Assembly (NCBI GenBank): GCA_965208325.1
Contig: OZ242326.1
Coordinates: 448,001-512,000 of the forward strand
Direction of reading: 5' to 3'
Source of the DNA: Candidatus Poribacteria bacterium
Lineage (GTDB): Bacteria; Poribacteria; WGA-4E; PCPOR2b
DNA length: 64,000 nucleotides
This document shows positions 31,026 to 41,444 of the stretch, piece after piece. The notes beneath the pieces are model-generated. The model saw nothing but the letters and a program-made list of their open reading frames with translations. It did no database searches and had not been told where the DNA came from. The position numbers were made by a program, and so were the translations under genes. Numbering within the stretch: position 1 is the stretch's first letter; each line of letters starts with the position of its first letter.

Positions 31026-31259
31026 ATGACAGACAGAATTGTTGTTGATCCCACGATTCATCTCGGAAAACCTTGCGTGGTAGGCACACGCATAACAATC
31101 CAAATTGTTCTCGAACTCCTTGATGAAAACCTCTCTTTCGCTCAGATCATCCACGACTACTATCCGAATCTCAGCGTTGAAGATATCCGGGCATGCATTC
31201 AATATGCGATAGCGTTAGTAGCGGCTGAAGACATTCATCTGAGACCGATTTCCGCATGA
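31026..31259 (+). CDS. DUF433 family antitoxin-like protein
   Basis: RIVVDPTIHLGKPCVVGTRITI...YPNLSVEDIRACIQYA. Confidence 0.9.
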   Translation: MTDRIVVDPTIHLGKPCVVGTRITIQIVLELLDENLSFAQIIHDYYPNLSVEDIRACIQYAIALVAAEDIHLRPISA

Positions 31260-31390
31260 AGTTTCTACTCGATCAGGATGTGTTTACAAGCACCGCGCGG
31301 TATTTGAATGATTTACGGCATGATATTGTGAGCGTCGCTCCACTGGGCTTGTCGCGAACCGGCAAAATGTCAAAACTCTGTATTACATAG
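31256..31390 (+). pseudogene. Truncated DUF5615 PIN-like toxin
   Basis: ATGA overlap with DUF433; MKFLLDQDV...LRHDIVSVAPLGLSR, then unrelated sequence and stop after 44 aa. Confidence 0.75.
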
Positions 31391-31703
31391 TTGTCCATAG
31401 CCGCCTCCTATCATTGAATTCGATCAAAAAAATAGCTTAGTGATTGGCAAATCAAATTCCAACATATTATCAATAAATTTCTTTACGTAGTTGCCATGAG
31501 AAAAGCACATGCAGCGAATAACCGAACAAGAACAACAAAAGTTTATGCGTCACCTTGGCGTGGACAAGCCCAAACCCGACAATTGCAACTTTATGCTGTG
31601 CGAGCATTTGCGCGCGATCGCCACGCATCGCGATGAATGTGAAAATTCAACCACGGGTGTTAACTGATTGAAGAGTTAAACAATCCCGCTGAGAAGATGA
31701 CAA

Positions 31704-33491
31704 ATGATCCCCATCTTCACCCACCCACTCGGTTTCTTATCACTGTTGGCGATTCCGGGGCTTGTCGGTATCTACTTGCTGCGCACCCGATCGCGGCGCT
31801 ACCCGGTGTCTAGCTTGATGCTCTGGGTGAACCAGCGGCAGGCGCGTGCAGGCGGTCTACGCTTAGAGCGGTTGCAGACTCCTCTTCTGTTCTTTCTTGA
31901 GTTGCTCACGATTATCCTACTCGCCCTGGCAGTGGCAGCCCCAATCATTCGGACCGCGCAGGGAGCGGTGCCGTTAATCGTCGTGCTCGACGATTCCTAC
32001 TCAATGCTGGCAGGCGTTCATGATAACACGAGAAGCCGGGCGATTGCAGCGCTTGAGAAAGAGCTCGACCCTGACGGGTTGAACCCGCTCACCAACCGCC
32101 GCTATGCGGTGCGCTTCGTGCTCGCGGGCGCAGCGCCGCAGGTGTTGAATGAAGCGGCGAAAACTGCGGACGACGCAATCGCGCAGCTTGAAGACTGGAG
32201 GTGCCTTTCGCCATTTGCGGACCTAGAGGGGGCAATCGCATTCGCTGCGGAGCTTGGAGGACCGAAAACACTCATCCTTGTTCTGACGGACGTACCCCCT
32301 TCGCGCACGCTTGAGGGGGAGCGCATCCAGTGGTGGAGTTTCGGAACCCCGCAACCGAACGCTGCGATTGTCAATGCCGCCCGAACTTCCGCGGAATCGG
32401 GCGAACGGTGCCTGTTTGAAGTTACGAATCTCTCGCCGAATGTGATGGTAAGGGAGTTTATCGTAAGGGCAGATGAGCCTGCCGTGCAACGACCTTCGTC
32501 GCCGCTGCACCGTTCGACCCTCGAACTTGAACCGATGGCGACGCACCGGATTGTCCTAAACCTTCGGCCTGAGACGCCGCGGTTGCGAGCGCAAATTGGC
32601 GATGATGCGCTTGCCATTGATAACGAAGTTTTACTCTTGCCGCAACGCCGAAAGCCGGTACGCGTTGATGTCCGTATTCGAAACCGGCAGATGCGTTCGT
32701 TGGTTGAAAATGCACTGGTGTCGACGGATAGAAGTATACCGGTAAAAGCCCGGCCAGAGTTGGTGTTTCTTGATGATTCAACGGAATCCGATATCTCGCC
32801 AGGGGCGTGGTATATGTATATCATCAGCGAATCGGACGCGTCTGCTTATCTCGGTCCTTTTGTCGTCGATCAGCGGCACCCATTGACTGAAGGGCTGTCG
32901 TTCAGCGGTGTCGTATGGGGCGCCGGTAGGACTGAAGCATTTATGGGGTACCCGATCATCACCGCCGGAAACGTCCCGCTATTGACCGACACTCAACGAT
33001 TCACGGGCAGCCACGAACTCCGATTACGCCTCCGCCCGGACCTGTCTACGCTTCAGCGTTCACCGAACTGGCCGGCATTGATATGGAATCTCCTCCAATG
33101 GCGCGCTTCCAAGACGCCCGGACTAAACCGCGCCAACCTTCGGCTAGGTGAAACAGCAGCGCTGGCCACGGCGTTAGGAACGGAATCTGTGCAGGTTGTT
33201 TCCCCAGACGGTGCCATAAGAGAGCAAGCCGTAGTAGACCGGACGATAAACGTCAAGACAGAGTCCGTCGGTATCTATGAGATGCATACTGATGCAGGCA
33301 GATATACGTTCGCGTCTAACGCGCTTTACCAAGAAGAGTCAGATCTTACAAATAAAGCGGGCGGGCGGTGGAGCGATTGGGGCGACGAAACCTTGCACTG
33401 GTGGGGTTACCACAGTTTTGCATTGTTCTTCCTATTGCTCGCGATGGGCATTTTAACGCTCCACCTGATTCTCGCCAAACGCGAAGCCTAA
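31704..33491 (+). CDS. BatA N-terminal double-TM / vWA domain protein
   Basis: FTHPLGFLSLLAIP..IYLLR, VSSLMLW, vWA MIDAS-like VLDDSYSM, VLTD; C-terminal TM. Confidence 0.8.
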   Translation: MIPIFTHPLGFLSLLAIPGLVGIYLLRTRSRRYPVSSLMLWVNQRQARAGGLRLERLQTPLLFFLELLTIILLALAVAAPIIRTAQGAVPLIVVLDDSYSMLAGVHDNTRSRAIAALEKELDPDGLNPLTNRRYAVRFVLAGAAPQVLNEAAKTADDAIAQLEDWRCLSPFADLEGAIAFAAELGGPKTLILVLTDVPPSRTLEGERIQWWSFGTPQPNAAIVNAARTSAESGERCLFEVTNLSPNVMVREFIVRADEPAVQRPSSPLHRSTLELEPMATHRIVLNLRPETPRLRAQIGDDALAIDNEVLLLPQRRKPVRVDVRIRNRQMRSLVENALVSTDRSIPVKARPELVFLDDSTESDISPGAWYMYIISESDASAYLGPFVVDQRHPLTEGLSFSGVVWGAGRTEAFMGYPIITAGNVPLLTDTQRFTGSHELRLRLRPDLSTLQRSPNWPALIWNLLQWRASKTPGLNRANLRLGETAALATALGTESVQVVSPDGAIREQAVVDRTINVKTESVGIYEMHTDAGRYTFASNALYQEESDLTNKAGGRWSDWGDETLHWWGYHSFALFFLLLAMGILTLHLILAKREA

Positions 33492-33956
33492 TACACCGCT
33501 TCCGTTGTAACCTCAATCACGCCAAGCCTCTAGTCCATCCAATTGATGTTTACACATGTTTCGGCTGCTGCAGTGTCCAACGGAATCTGCGGTCTGAATC
33601 AACACCGGTTCAGTTAGGAAATCGCACCCGCCGCGGTGTACAAATAGTTTACGGTCTTGCCATAAAACCGTGTACATTGACATTCTGATTCATACAGCTC
33701 CTACTCACTCCCATTTCCCAACTTTCAGACTGAAGGCTAAATCGACACTCGTCTGAACATACTGCGTTGGACTACACCCTCCTGTTGAAGAATTTCCCGG
33801 CGATGCACCCCGCACAGCAGGTTAATATCCCGTCATTTTCCACCGGTTTTTGAAACCGCATACCTACCACTGCGTAGACGATTACCACAGGACACAAGCA
33901 GGGCTAAGGTTAGGTTTAACCGTAAAAAACCCAAGGATAAACTGTGCGAGGGGTGT

Positions 33957-34910
33957 ATGGAAATTCATCGCCATTTCAGTGTTCGCTGTTGCAAAGGCAA
34001 ACTCTGGATAAGATCGCTTATTTTGTTAGGCTTAATCACCTTAGGTCTAAGTTGTTCAGAAACTGAAGATGTTAATCGGCCGTTTACGGAAGATGCCCTT
34101 GAGCCTATTGATGCTGAAAATGAAAATGGCGGCATTGCGGCTACATTCCGCTTAGCGACTTGGAATATCCGAATCTTCAGTGACAACAGTCGAAGCGACG
34201 AAGAGTTGCAACTTATCGCCAATGTGTTGGTAGATTACGATTTTATTGCTATCGTTGAGTTGCGTGATGAAAACGTGTTAAAACGCACAGTGAGTATGCT
34301 GGAACTTATGGGTAAGGATTACGATTACGTAATGAGCCGTAAGGTTGGCGGAAAAGTAAAGGAACGCTATGCCTTCTTGTTCGATCAACAGATTGTAGAC
34401 GTTGTTGAGGACGGCATGGTATTTCCCGATCCGAATGACGCTTTTTTCCGCGAGCCGTATTTCGCTTCTTTTAAGGCGGGTGAATTTGACTTTACCGCAA
34501 TTGCCGTACATGTAATCTGGGGTAATTCCGTTGCCAAACGCAGGAGTGAAGTTCAAGAATTAGCCGACGTGTATCAGACGGTGCAGGACATAAATGGCGC
34601 AGAGCAGGATGTGATTCTGCTGGGCGATTTCAACCGTAACCCAGATGACCGAATAGCTTATCAGCCGTTGTTGCAAATTACTGGGATGTTACATCTGTTC
34701 ACCCTGCCTCAAAAATCCCACATCAAAGACTCAAGCTTATATGACAACATCTTTTTCCAATCGATACATGTTACCGAATACAACAACGAGAGCGGCGTTG
34801 ACCGTTTTGATGAAACGGACTTTGGAAATAACGACCGAGCGGCATCTCTTGCAGTAAGCGACCATCGACCGTTATGGTGCGAGTTTCGGATTGACAGAGA
34901 TGACGATTAA
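33957..34910 (+). CDS. Endonuclease/exonuclease/phosphatase family (DNase I-like) lipoprotein
   Basis: TWNIRIF, VELRD, KERYAFLF, REPY, LGDFN, YDNI, SDHRP; LGLSC lipobox-like. Confidence 0.88.
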   Translation: MEIHRHFSVRCCKGKLWIRSLILLGLITLGLSCSETEDVNRPFTEDALEPIDAENENGGIAATFRLATWNIRIFSDNSRSDEELQLIANVLVDYDFIAIVELRDENVLKRTVSMLELMGKDYDYVMSRKVGGKVKERYAFLFDQQIVDVVEDGMVFPDPNDAFFREPYFASFKAGEFDFTAIAVHVIWGNSVAKRRSEVQELADVYQTVQDINGAEQDVILLGDFNRNPDDRIAYQPLLQITGMLHLFTLPQKSHIKDSSLYDNIFFQSIHVTEYNNESGVDRFDETDFGNNDRAASLAVSDHRPLWCEFRIDRDDD

Positions 34911-35033
34911 TTCATCCAAAAACAGCTATGCGAAGACGGGAAACCAGCTTCCCAAATGGAGATAAAATATAAGCCTTGAGAACCTTTTGCCATTGTTAAT
35001 CGCCTTTTACTATTGATAAAGGAGGTGGGCGCA

Positions 35034-36401
35034 GTGGAAAATTTTGATAATGCGACGCTGGCTCGCTTAAGTGCACTGGGCAGTGAATGCGCGTTCGGTG
35101 AGCTAATCCGACGGCATGAACGGCAGTTGGCGGCTCTAATCCAATATCAACTTGGAAATCGAGACGACGCTGAAGATGTGCTGCAGGAGACATTAATGCA
35201 GGCGTGGGTTGGGATTCGCCATCTACGCGAACCGAAAACCGTCGGGAGGTGGTTGCTTCGGATTGCTCGGAATCGTTGTTACGACTTTCTTAAATCCGCC
35301 CAGCGGCGAGACCAGCCGATGGAAGACGGGGAGTTAACCCAGTTTATAGACCGTTTCGGTCATAGGCAGTTTCGGCGGACGCATCTTTTCAATGACGCGG
35401 TCGCAGCTTTAGAGGAAATCCCAAAAACCGAGCGAAAAGCCGCGCAACTCTTTTACTTGGAGGGATTTACCATTGCCGAAATCGCCGCACGCAGCCGCTG
35501 CGCCGAGGGGACGGTTAAGCGGCGCCTGTTTCAGGCACGGGCTCGCCTCCGTCAATCCTTTGGCGTTTCTAATAAAAGGAGGAAAATTCAGATGCAGACA
35601 CGTAAACCGAGAACCAAAAAGCAACCATTTCCGGTTCGCCGACCGGAAGTTGTCATCACCCAGATTAACACCGAGCCGTTCTCGGTGGATTGTCCCGAAC
35701 TCCGATGTTGGTTCATCGTGCCCAAAATCGGCGAGCGTTCCTTGTATGCGAACTATGATCCGATGGATTGGAAACTCACGGAAGTGTATGAGTTACAAGT
35801 GGTCAGGCAGAGCCGTGTGCATGATATGGATGGGGTTGAGATTGACGTCCACCTATGGATCTCTCAAACCGGCTGGATGCCGTCAACGTGGCAAATGTAC
35901 GGTAGGCTGGCCGAAGAAAGAGTTGAGTATTTGGCGGTGTCGCAACTTTCCGATGGCACTAGGATTTTGTACACCTTTCTTGACAAAGATTTCGACTTCG
36001 ACTGGGGCGGGATGCCTCGCCGGCTGGAAGACAAAGGCCGTTTCGAATCACAAGCGGACGGTTCGTTAAAACAGGTACATGGCGTAGACAACGTAGAAGC
36101 CAGCGGCGCTGGTTTATTTTCCGTCGCAGTCGGCGAACGACGCTTTTCCTGTCTCCGAATTATTGAACTGGACGTACCTGTCGAAAAGATAGGACGTGAC
36201 TTTTCAATAACCGAAAGCTACATTACGGAGGTAGGGCGCACCGTATTGGTCCGGCATTTCTGTCACCCTGAGAGGACAATGTATAATGACCAAGGGATTT
36301 GTGAAAGGGTTATCCTTGATAAAGATGTGCAAATTGTAGTTGATGGCGTCACTTTTGTTCACTGGTATGACAGCATTTCAAATTTGGCGTTTGGATTTTA
36401 A
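35034..36401 (+). CDS. ECF sigma factor with ~270-aa C-terminal extension
   Basis: AFGELIRRH, DAEDVLQET, WLLRIARN, EIAA...GTVKRRLFQARARLR; GTG start after SD AAGGAGGT. Confidence 0.88.
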   Translation: MENFDNATLARLSALGSECAFGELIRRHERQLAALIQYQLGNRDDAEDVLQETLMQAWVGIRHLREPKTVGRWLLRIARNRCYDFLKSAQRRDQPMEDGELTQFIDRFGHRQFRRTHLFNDAVAALEEIPKTERKAAQLFYLEGFTIAEIAARSRCAEGTVKRRLFQARARLRQSFGVSNKRRKIQMQTRKPRTKKQPFPVRRPEVVITQINTEPFSVDCPELRCWFIVPKIGERSLYANYDPMDWKLTEVYELQVVRQSRVHDMDGVEIDVHLWISQTGWMPSTWQMYGRLAEERVEYLAVSQLSDGTRILYTFLDKDFDFDWGGMPRRLEDKGRFESQADGSLKQVHGVDNVEASGAGLFSVAVGERRFSCLRIIELDVPVEKIGRDFSITESYITEVGRTVLVRHFCHPERTMYNDQGICERVILDKDVQIVVDGVTFVHWYDSISNLAFGF

Positions 36402-36451
36402 AATATTCCGATCGCCAGACGATGCCGCTGATATACAATTTTCATAAAGGT

Positions 36452-36634
36452 TAGGCCTTAGGCAGTTCAGTTAGTAGCAGCGCAATTTATTGCGCGTCCG
36501 GCAGGGCGTTCACTTCCTTGACCTGACATATTTTTTAGTGAAAACGGGAAGTAAAGAGCAATCTCTATCGCCTTCGCTATTCGCTCAGTTGCTCCCTACT
36601 ACGTACCTTTGGACGTTTAACCGCGTAAGTCCTA
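36452..36634. repeat. MITE-like element, copy 2 (inverted relative to copy 1)
   Basis: Ends TAGGCCTTAGGCAGTT...AACCGCGTAAGTCCTA; reverse complement aligns with 2200-2383. Confidence 0.85.
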
Positions 36635-37226
36635 ATTGTTCTAATGGAATGCACACGCCTCGAAAAAATGTCTCTTTTTCACGGAAATCCCGTGAAAAGT
36701 GCATCCAAAACTGTGTATTAGTAATAGCTAACGAAATGTCTTTCCGACGCCTCGCCGAGTCGGTAACTGCCACAATCAACGTTCAGTTGCGATTCAGCGA
36801 TTGTGAGCAACTCGGTGCAAACGGTTAATTTTAAACCACGTTGAAGAGCAGAAAGGAGGCGCCCGGTATGAAAAAAGTTGTGTTTCCAATTCGCCAATTT
36901 GATTCAATCGACACGGTATTCAGCGGGGGAGCCTCTGATTTCCGTCCCTCTCTCCACGCGGACGTTGGATGGGTTGCGGCATAGTTCACCGCACGTTGTA
37001 TGGAGCAGAAGCCTATCCGCCCAGCACTTCTTCTCGGGATTTTTTGCCATTCCGTATTCATCAATATACGTTTGGCAGTTCAGCAACCAGGACCGTATCG
37101 GTGCAATCCCTCCCTTTGAAGTTCCCGGTTTACGCGGCGAATTCCTGCATGAAAAGGATAAAGTTTACCTTGTTGCTAATGCGATAAATGGCTAGCCGCG
37201 TCAGCATTTTGGTGTTGTTACTTGAC

Positions 37227-37255
37227 TTGAGGGCGTTTTGTGCGTGTGGTATAAT
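37227..37255 (+). promoter_or_regulatory. Putative sigma70 promoter of the propeller cluster
   Basis: TTGAGG-17 bp-TATAAT with TG extended -10. Confidence 0.5.
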
Positions 37256-37352
37256 GTCGGATTTAGGAAACGTAAATGATTAGTAGCGGGGACCAGTTTT
37301 GGGCGTCGCTGCGTGATTCCAGTATGAATCAGAAGTCGGGAGGGGAAGCCCC

Positions 37353-40300
37353 GTGAGTATTTCAGGAGCAAAGCTGACATTAGACTGCCGTTGGTTCTTC
37401 GTTATCTTATCGCTATTCGGATGCGCCGGTACCTCGACTGACTATATACCGGAGGTAACGAAAAAGGATCTGCCTTGGAATGCAACCGCGCTTTTGAGCG
37501 ATCGGGTTAACGCGGTCGCAGCAGATGCCGAACATGTATGGGTCGCCACTGACAAAGGGGTCAATCGTTTCAATAAGCGTGAGAACACGTGGATAGGCTA
37601 TACTGTGGAAGATGGGCTGGCGAACAACAAAGTGTCCAGCGCAGCGATTGACGGAGATGTCGTTTGGTTTGGAACAGAGTCCGGCATTTCAAAATATCAG
37701 CCAAATAACGATAAATGGACAACCTACAACCGTGACGACGGTCTGCCGAGTAACCGCGTGTTGGCAATAGGTGTGGATGGAGTTTATATTTGGTTTGGCA
37801 CGGCTAAGGGTTTGTGCCGGTATAACAAAGCCATTGACGTGTGGGCGCTTCGCACCGTTGACGATGGCGGGTTGACCAGCAACCAAATTTCCGATATTGC
37901 AGTGGAGGACGAATATGTATGGTTTGCGACGGACGAGGGAGTTTCACGGTACGATAAAAAAATTGATTCGTGGACGCAATTGACCAAAAGTGAAGGTTTG
38001 GCGGACGAGAAAGTCACTACCATCGCAATTGAGGATGAATTTACTTGGTTCGGCACGAAAAATGCCGGTGTCAGCTTATACAGCAACGCTGAGCAGGCGT
38101 TTGTAAAGACATATACGCGAAACGACTTGCTTGAAACCGACAAGATTAATTACATCTTGGTCGACGGATTGTATGTCTGGATCGGAACAGCAAATGAAGG
38201 TGTTCAAAGATTCATCAAACCCGCCAATACGTGGATTCACTACAGCACAGAAGATGGGCTGCCGTCGTCAAACATAACGGCGATGGCTGTCGATGGCAAG
38301 TATATCTGGTTCGGTACGTATGAGGACGGACTGGCGCGATTCGACAAGATTAGTGGGCTTTGGAGCGCTGTCAAGAGAGAAGAAGGCTTAGTGAGCGATG
38401 ACGTGAAATCAATTGTTGAGCAGAATGGCAAGCTTTGGATTGGCACTGCGATGGGGCTAAGTCAATTTGACTTGCAATCTAGGCAGTGGAAAACCTTCAC
38501 CAAGGGGCAAGGACTTACAACGAATTACATCACACGCGTTGTCGCCGACGATGACGTAATCTGGGTGGGCACATCCAAGGGGGTGGGGCGGCATCAGAAC
38601 GGACGGTGGAAATTCTGGCAGCGGCAACACGGACTCCCCAGTGATTTTGTCGTGGATGTAGCGGTAGATAATCAATTGGTTTGGGTCGGTACACGCAATG
38701 GTCTATGTCGATTTGACGCTAAGAACGACAGGTGGCATACCTTCCATAGTCTAAAGAATACCTGGATAAATTCCGTCGTTGTTGATGGCGGTATGTTGTG
38801 GCTTGCGACGAACCGAGGATTAGCTCAATTATCAGACGCGAATAACAGCGATCCAACGGAGGTACAAATCGATTTTTATTCATCGCATTGTGCGGATTAC
38901 GCCAACATAGTCTTGGTGGTGGACGGTGCCGTCTGGATCGGCACACGGAATGGACTTACGAGATATGGGAAACACAAGAATAGTTGGCGCCATTTTACTG
39001 TTGAAGATGGACTTCCGAATAATAACGTCAGGACGCTGGCTGTAACGGAAAACGCGCTTTGGATCGGTACGCCGAGTGGGCTAGCCACATTACCTCGAAA
39101 TGGGTGGAACGCTTATTCGGAGTTGGGCTCGAGTGGATGGCAGCATTTCAACCTGACGCAGCCCGGGGCGGAGATGGGGCACGAAAATGTCCGGGACATC
39201 TGTGTCGTGGATGGTCAGGTCTGGCTGGCTACAATCGGCGGCTTGGGTGTGTACTCTCTCCAAAACAGCACGTGGAAAGCAATTCGTGCAACGGAACGAA
39301 CGACTGTTCTGCGTCATGGCGATGTCCACCACACTGCGCTTGATGGCTATTGGGTATGGTTTCTGTCATGGCCCAACACTTCCAACGGAGGAATAGTGCG
39401 GTATGACAAACGCACAAGAACTTGGGGTCATTTCATGAAAGAAGATGTGACGCCAATCGGACGAAACGGAGAGACGCGGTATATCAGCCAAATCAATTGG
39501 ATGGAGGTAACCGCTGATAGTGTATGGTTTGCGACCGATGGCGGTGTACTGGCTTATCACAAAATTTCGGACACGTGGCGGCACTACACGACTGAAGACG
39601 GGTTAGCGGCGGATAAAACGACAACGCTGACGGTTGATGGAAATGACGTATGGGTCGTTTTGAGGGATAACCGCATCTGCCGCTATCATCGAAATACGAA
39701 CGTATGGGATACGCATCAGGTGGTTCTTAAGGAAATTGCGCCGGGAATGGAATCGTTCCGTACGCGGATTTCGGCGGACAACCGGTATGTGTGGGCGCCG
39801 GCTCAGCGGGAAGGTGTGGCGCGTTTCGACAAGGTAAACCAATCGTGGCGCAGATACACATCGGCAGACGGCTTGTCGAGTGGAACAATCGCATTCACAG
39901 CAGTGGACAATAATGATGTTTGGGCTTACGGTGGAGCTAGCGGTTTAAGCAAGTACGACGAAAACACTGATAGCTGGCGTGTCATTGACGACAAAAAGGG
40001 TTTAGCTTCTAACCGGGTTCGTGAAGTCATTTCCGGCGAGGATTTTATGTGGGTGTTGTATGACCGCAGGTCGTGGGAAGAAGACGACTATGCGCCGGCA
40101 AGTGGACTGCACCGTGCCAATCAGACGTGGCAGCGATTTCGAGGGCACACGGACAACGTCGGCAACAATTTTACAGATGTGCAGGAAATGCGTGAAGTGG
40201 TGTGGTTTGGCAGTAATAATCACGGTGTCAGCCGATACGACAAGGCATCATCCTCATGGACTGTGTTCACGGAAGAAGACGGGTTGCTTAACAACCGCGT

Positions 40301-41357
40301 GATCTATCCATCCCTGAAGATTGATGGCAATTTTCTCTGGATGGGCGGTGGCAGCGGTATCAGCCGCTACGAGCTGCGCGATGATAGCTGGACCGTCTTT
40401 ACAGGGCGTGCATCCTTGCCGTCAGATGTTGTTCGCGCCGTGGCTGTCGATTCTCGTTACGTTTATTGCGGGACCGATCGGGGCGCAACCCGGTACGATA
40501 AGCGGTATGACCGATGGCTAGAAGGACAGATTATAGGAGACCCAGTAAACGCGCTCGCTGTCGATGAAAAATTCGTATGGATCGCGAGCGCAAAAGGGGT
40601 GATTCGGTTCGACAAGTCGGCGCATTTGACGGACTATCACGCTGAAGAAAACGGTCTAGCTGATACATTTGCTAAAGTGGCTGACGCCGCGGGCCGTACA
40701 TTGTGGATCGGCACTGAGAAGGGGGTGAGCAAATACAACACGCTTTCGGATGACCCGAACGCCTGGGAGACTTTTTCTCAGGCCGATGATGTAGACATTT
40801 TGCAATTAACTCAGAAATACGCCAACAGCCTTGTATACAACCGTGTTACCAGTATAGCTGTTGGCAATCGTTACGTCTGGGTAGGTACAGAAAGAGGCGC
40901 CAGCAGCTATGACATGAAGAAAGGTACATGGGAAACGTATACGAAGCATGATGGATTGCATCATAACGAAGTGAGCAGTATTTGTATTGACGGCGATAAG
41001 GTGTGGTTTGGAGTATCCGGGGGAGTCAGCAAGTTGGATATTCGGACAGAAGAATGGAGCGCATTCTTACCATCTGACGGATTAGCAAGTGGTCACGTTA
41101 CCTGTATCGCAGCGAGCGATGATTTCGTATGGTTCGGAACGTTTGAATCGGGCGTGTCTAGACACCACAAGGCAACTGCGACGTGGAGAAACTACACGCA
41201 GAGGGATGGGCTTAGCCACGATCGCGTTTTCGACATCGCTGCGGAAGAGGATTTCATCTGGGTGGGTACTGAGCGCGGATTAAGCCGGTATGACACGATG
41301 ACGGACACCTGGACAATCTTTACGAAGCACTTTGACAGAGAAGATGATAGGAGATGA
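37353..41357 (+). CDS. Giant beta-propeller repeat lipoprotein (Reg_prop-like), paralogue 1
   Basis: LFGC lipobox-like; ~40-45 aa repeats DGL.SN.V..IAVDG..VWFGT..G.SRYD....W over the whole length; no kinase domain. Confidence 0.85.
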   Translation: MSISGAKLTLDCRWFFVILSLFGCAGTSTDYIPEVTKKDLPWNATALLSDRVNAVAADAEHVWVATDKGVNRFNKRENTWIGYTVEDGLANNKVSSAAIDGDVVWFGTESGISKYQPNNDKWTTYNRDDGLPSNRVLAIGVDGVYIWFGTAKGLCRYNKAIDVWALRTVDDGGLTSNQISDIAVEDEYVWFATDEGVSRYDKKIDSWTQLTKSEGLADEKVTTIAIEDEFTWFGTKNAGVSLYSNAEQAFVKTYTRNDLLETDKINYILVDGLYVWIGTANEGVQRFIKPANTWIHYSTEDGLPSSNITAMAVDGKYIWFGTYEDGLARFDKISGLWSAVKREEGLVSDDVKSIVEQNGKLWIGTAMGLSQFDLQSRQWKTFTKGQGLTTNYITRVVADDDVIWVGTSKGVGRHQNGRWKFWQRQHGLPSDFVVDVAVDNQLVWVGTRNGLCRFDAKNDRWHTFHSLKNTWINSVVVDGGMLWLATNRGLAQLSDANNSDPTEVQIDFYSSHCADYANIVLVVDGAVWIGTRNGLTRYGKHKNSWRHFTVEDGLPNNNVRTLAVTENALWIGTPSGLATLPRNGWNAYSELGSSGWQHFNLTQPGAEMGHENVRDICVVDGQVWLATIGGLGVYSLQNSTWKAIRATERTTVLRHGDVHHTALDGYWVWFLSWPNTSNGGIVRYDKRTRTWGHFMKEDVTPIGRNGETRYISQINWMEVTADSVWFATDGGVLAYHKISDTWRHYTTEDGLAADKTTTLTVDGNDVWVVLRDNRICRYHRNTNVWDTHQVVLKEIAPGMESFRTRISADNRYVWAPAQREGVARFDKVNQSWRRYTSADGLSSGTIAFTAVDNNDVWAYGGASGLSKYDENTDSWRVIDDKKGLASNRVREVISGEDFMWVLYDRRSWEEDDYAPASGLHRANQTWQRFRGHTDNVGNNFTDVQEMREVVWFGSNNHGVSRYDKASSSWTVFTEEDGLLNNRVIYPSLKIDGNFLWMGGGSGISRYELRDDSWTVFTGRASLPSDVVRAVAVDSRYVYCGTDRGATRYDKRYDRWLEGQIIGDPVNALAVDEKFVWIASAKGVIRFDKSAHLTDYHAEENGLADTFAKVADAAGRTLWIGTEKGVSKYNTLSDDPNAWETFSQADDVDILQLTQKYANSLVYNRVTSIAVGNRYVWVGTERGASSYDMKKGTWETYTKHDGLHHNEVSSICIDGDKVWFGVSGGVSKLDIRTEEWSAFLPSDGLASGHVTCIAASDDFVWFGTFESGVSRHHKATATWRNYTQRDGLSHDRVFDIAAEEDFIWVGTERGLSRYDTMTDTWTIFTKHFDREDDRR

Positions 41358-41444
41358 ATCGAACAGAGGGTGTGCAATCCAGTTGCTATGCTTTTTTCCT
41401 CAATTATTCGGACGAATGGTTAAGAAGGCGAAGGGAATTTAGTT

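Noticed and set aside
31510..31670. 52-aa ORF with MLCEHLRAI, reminiscent of PemK/MazF
   Set aside because: Too short a match, and no other family motif is present.
34980..35007. Autoregulatory ECF promoter (GAACC-16 bp-CGCCT)
   Set aside because: Plausible but too short and degenerate to call without homologue comparison.
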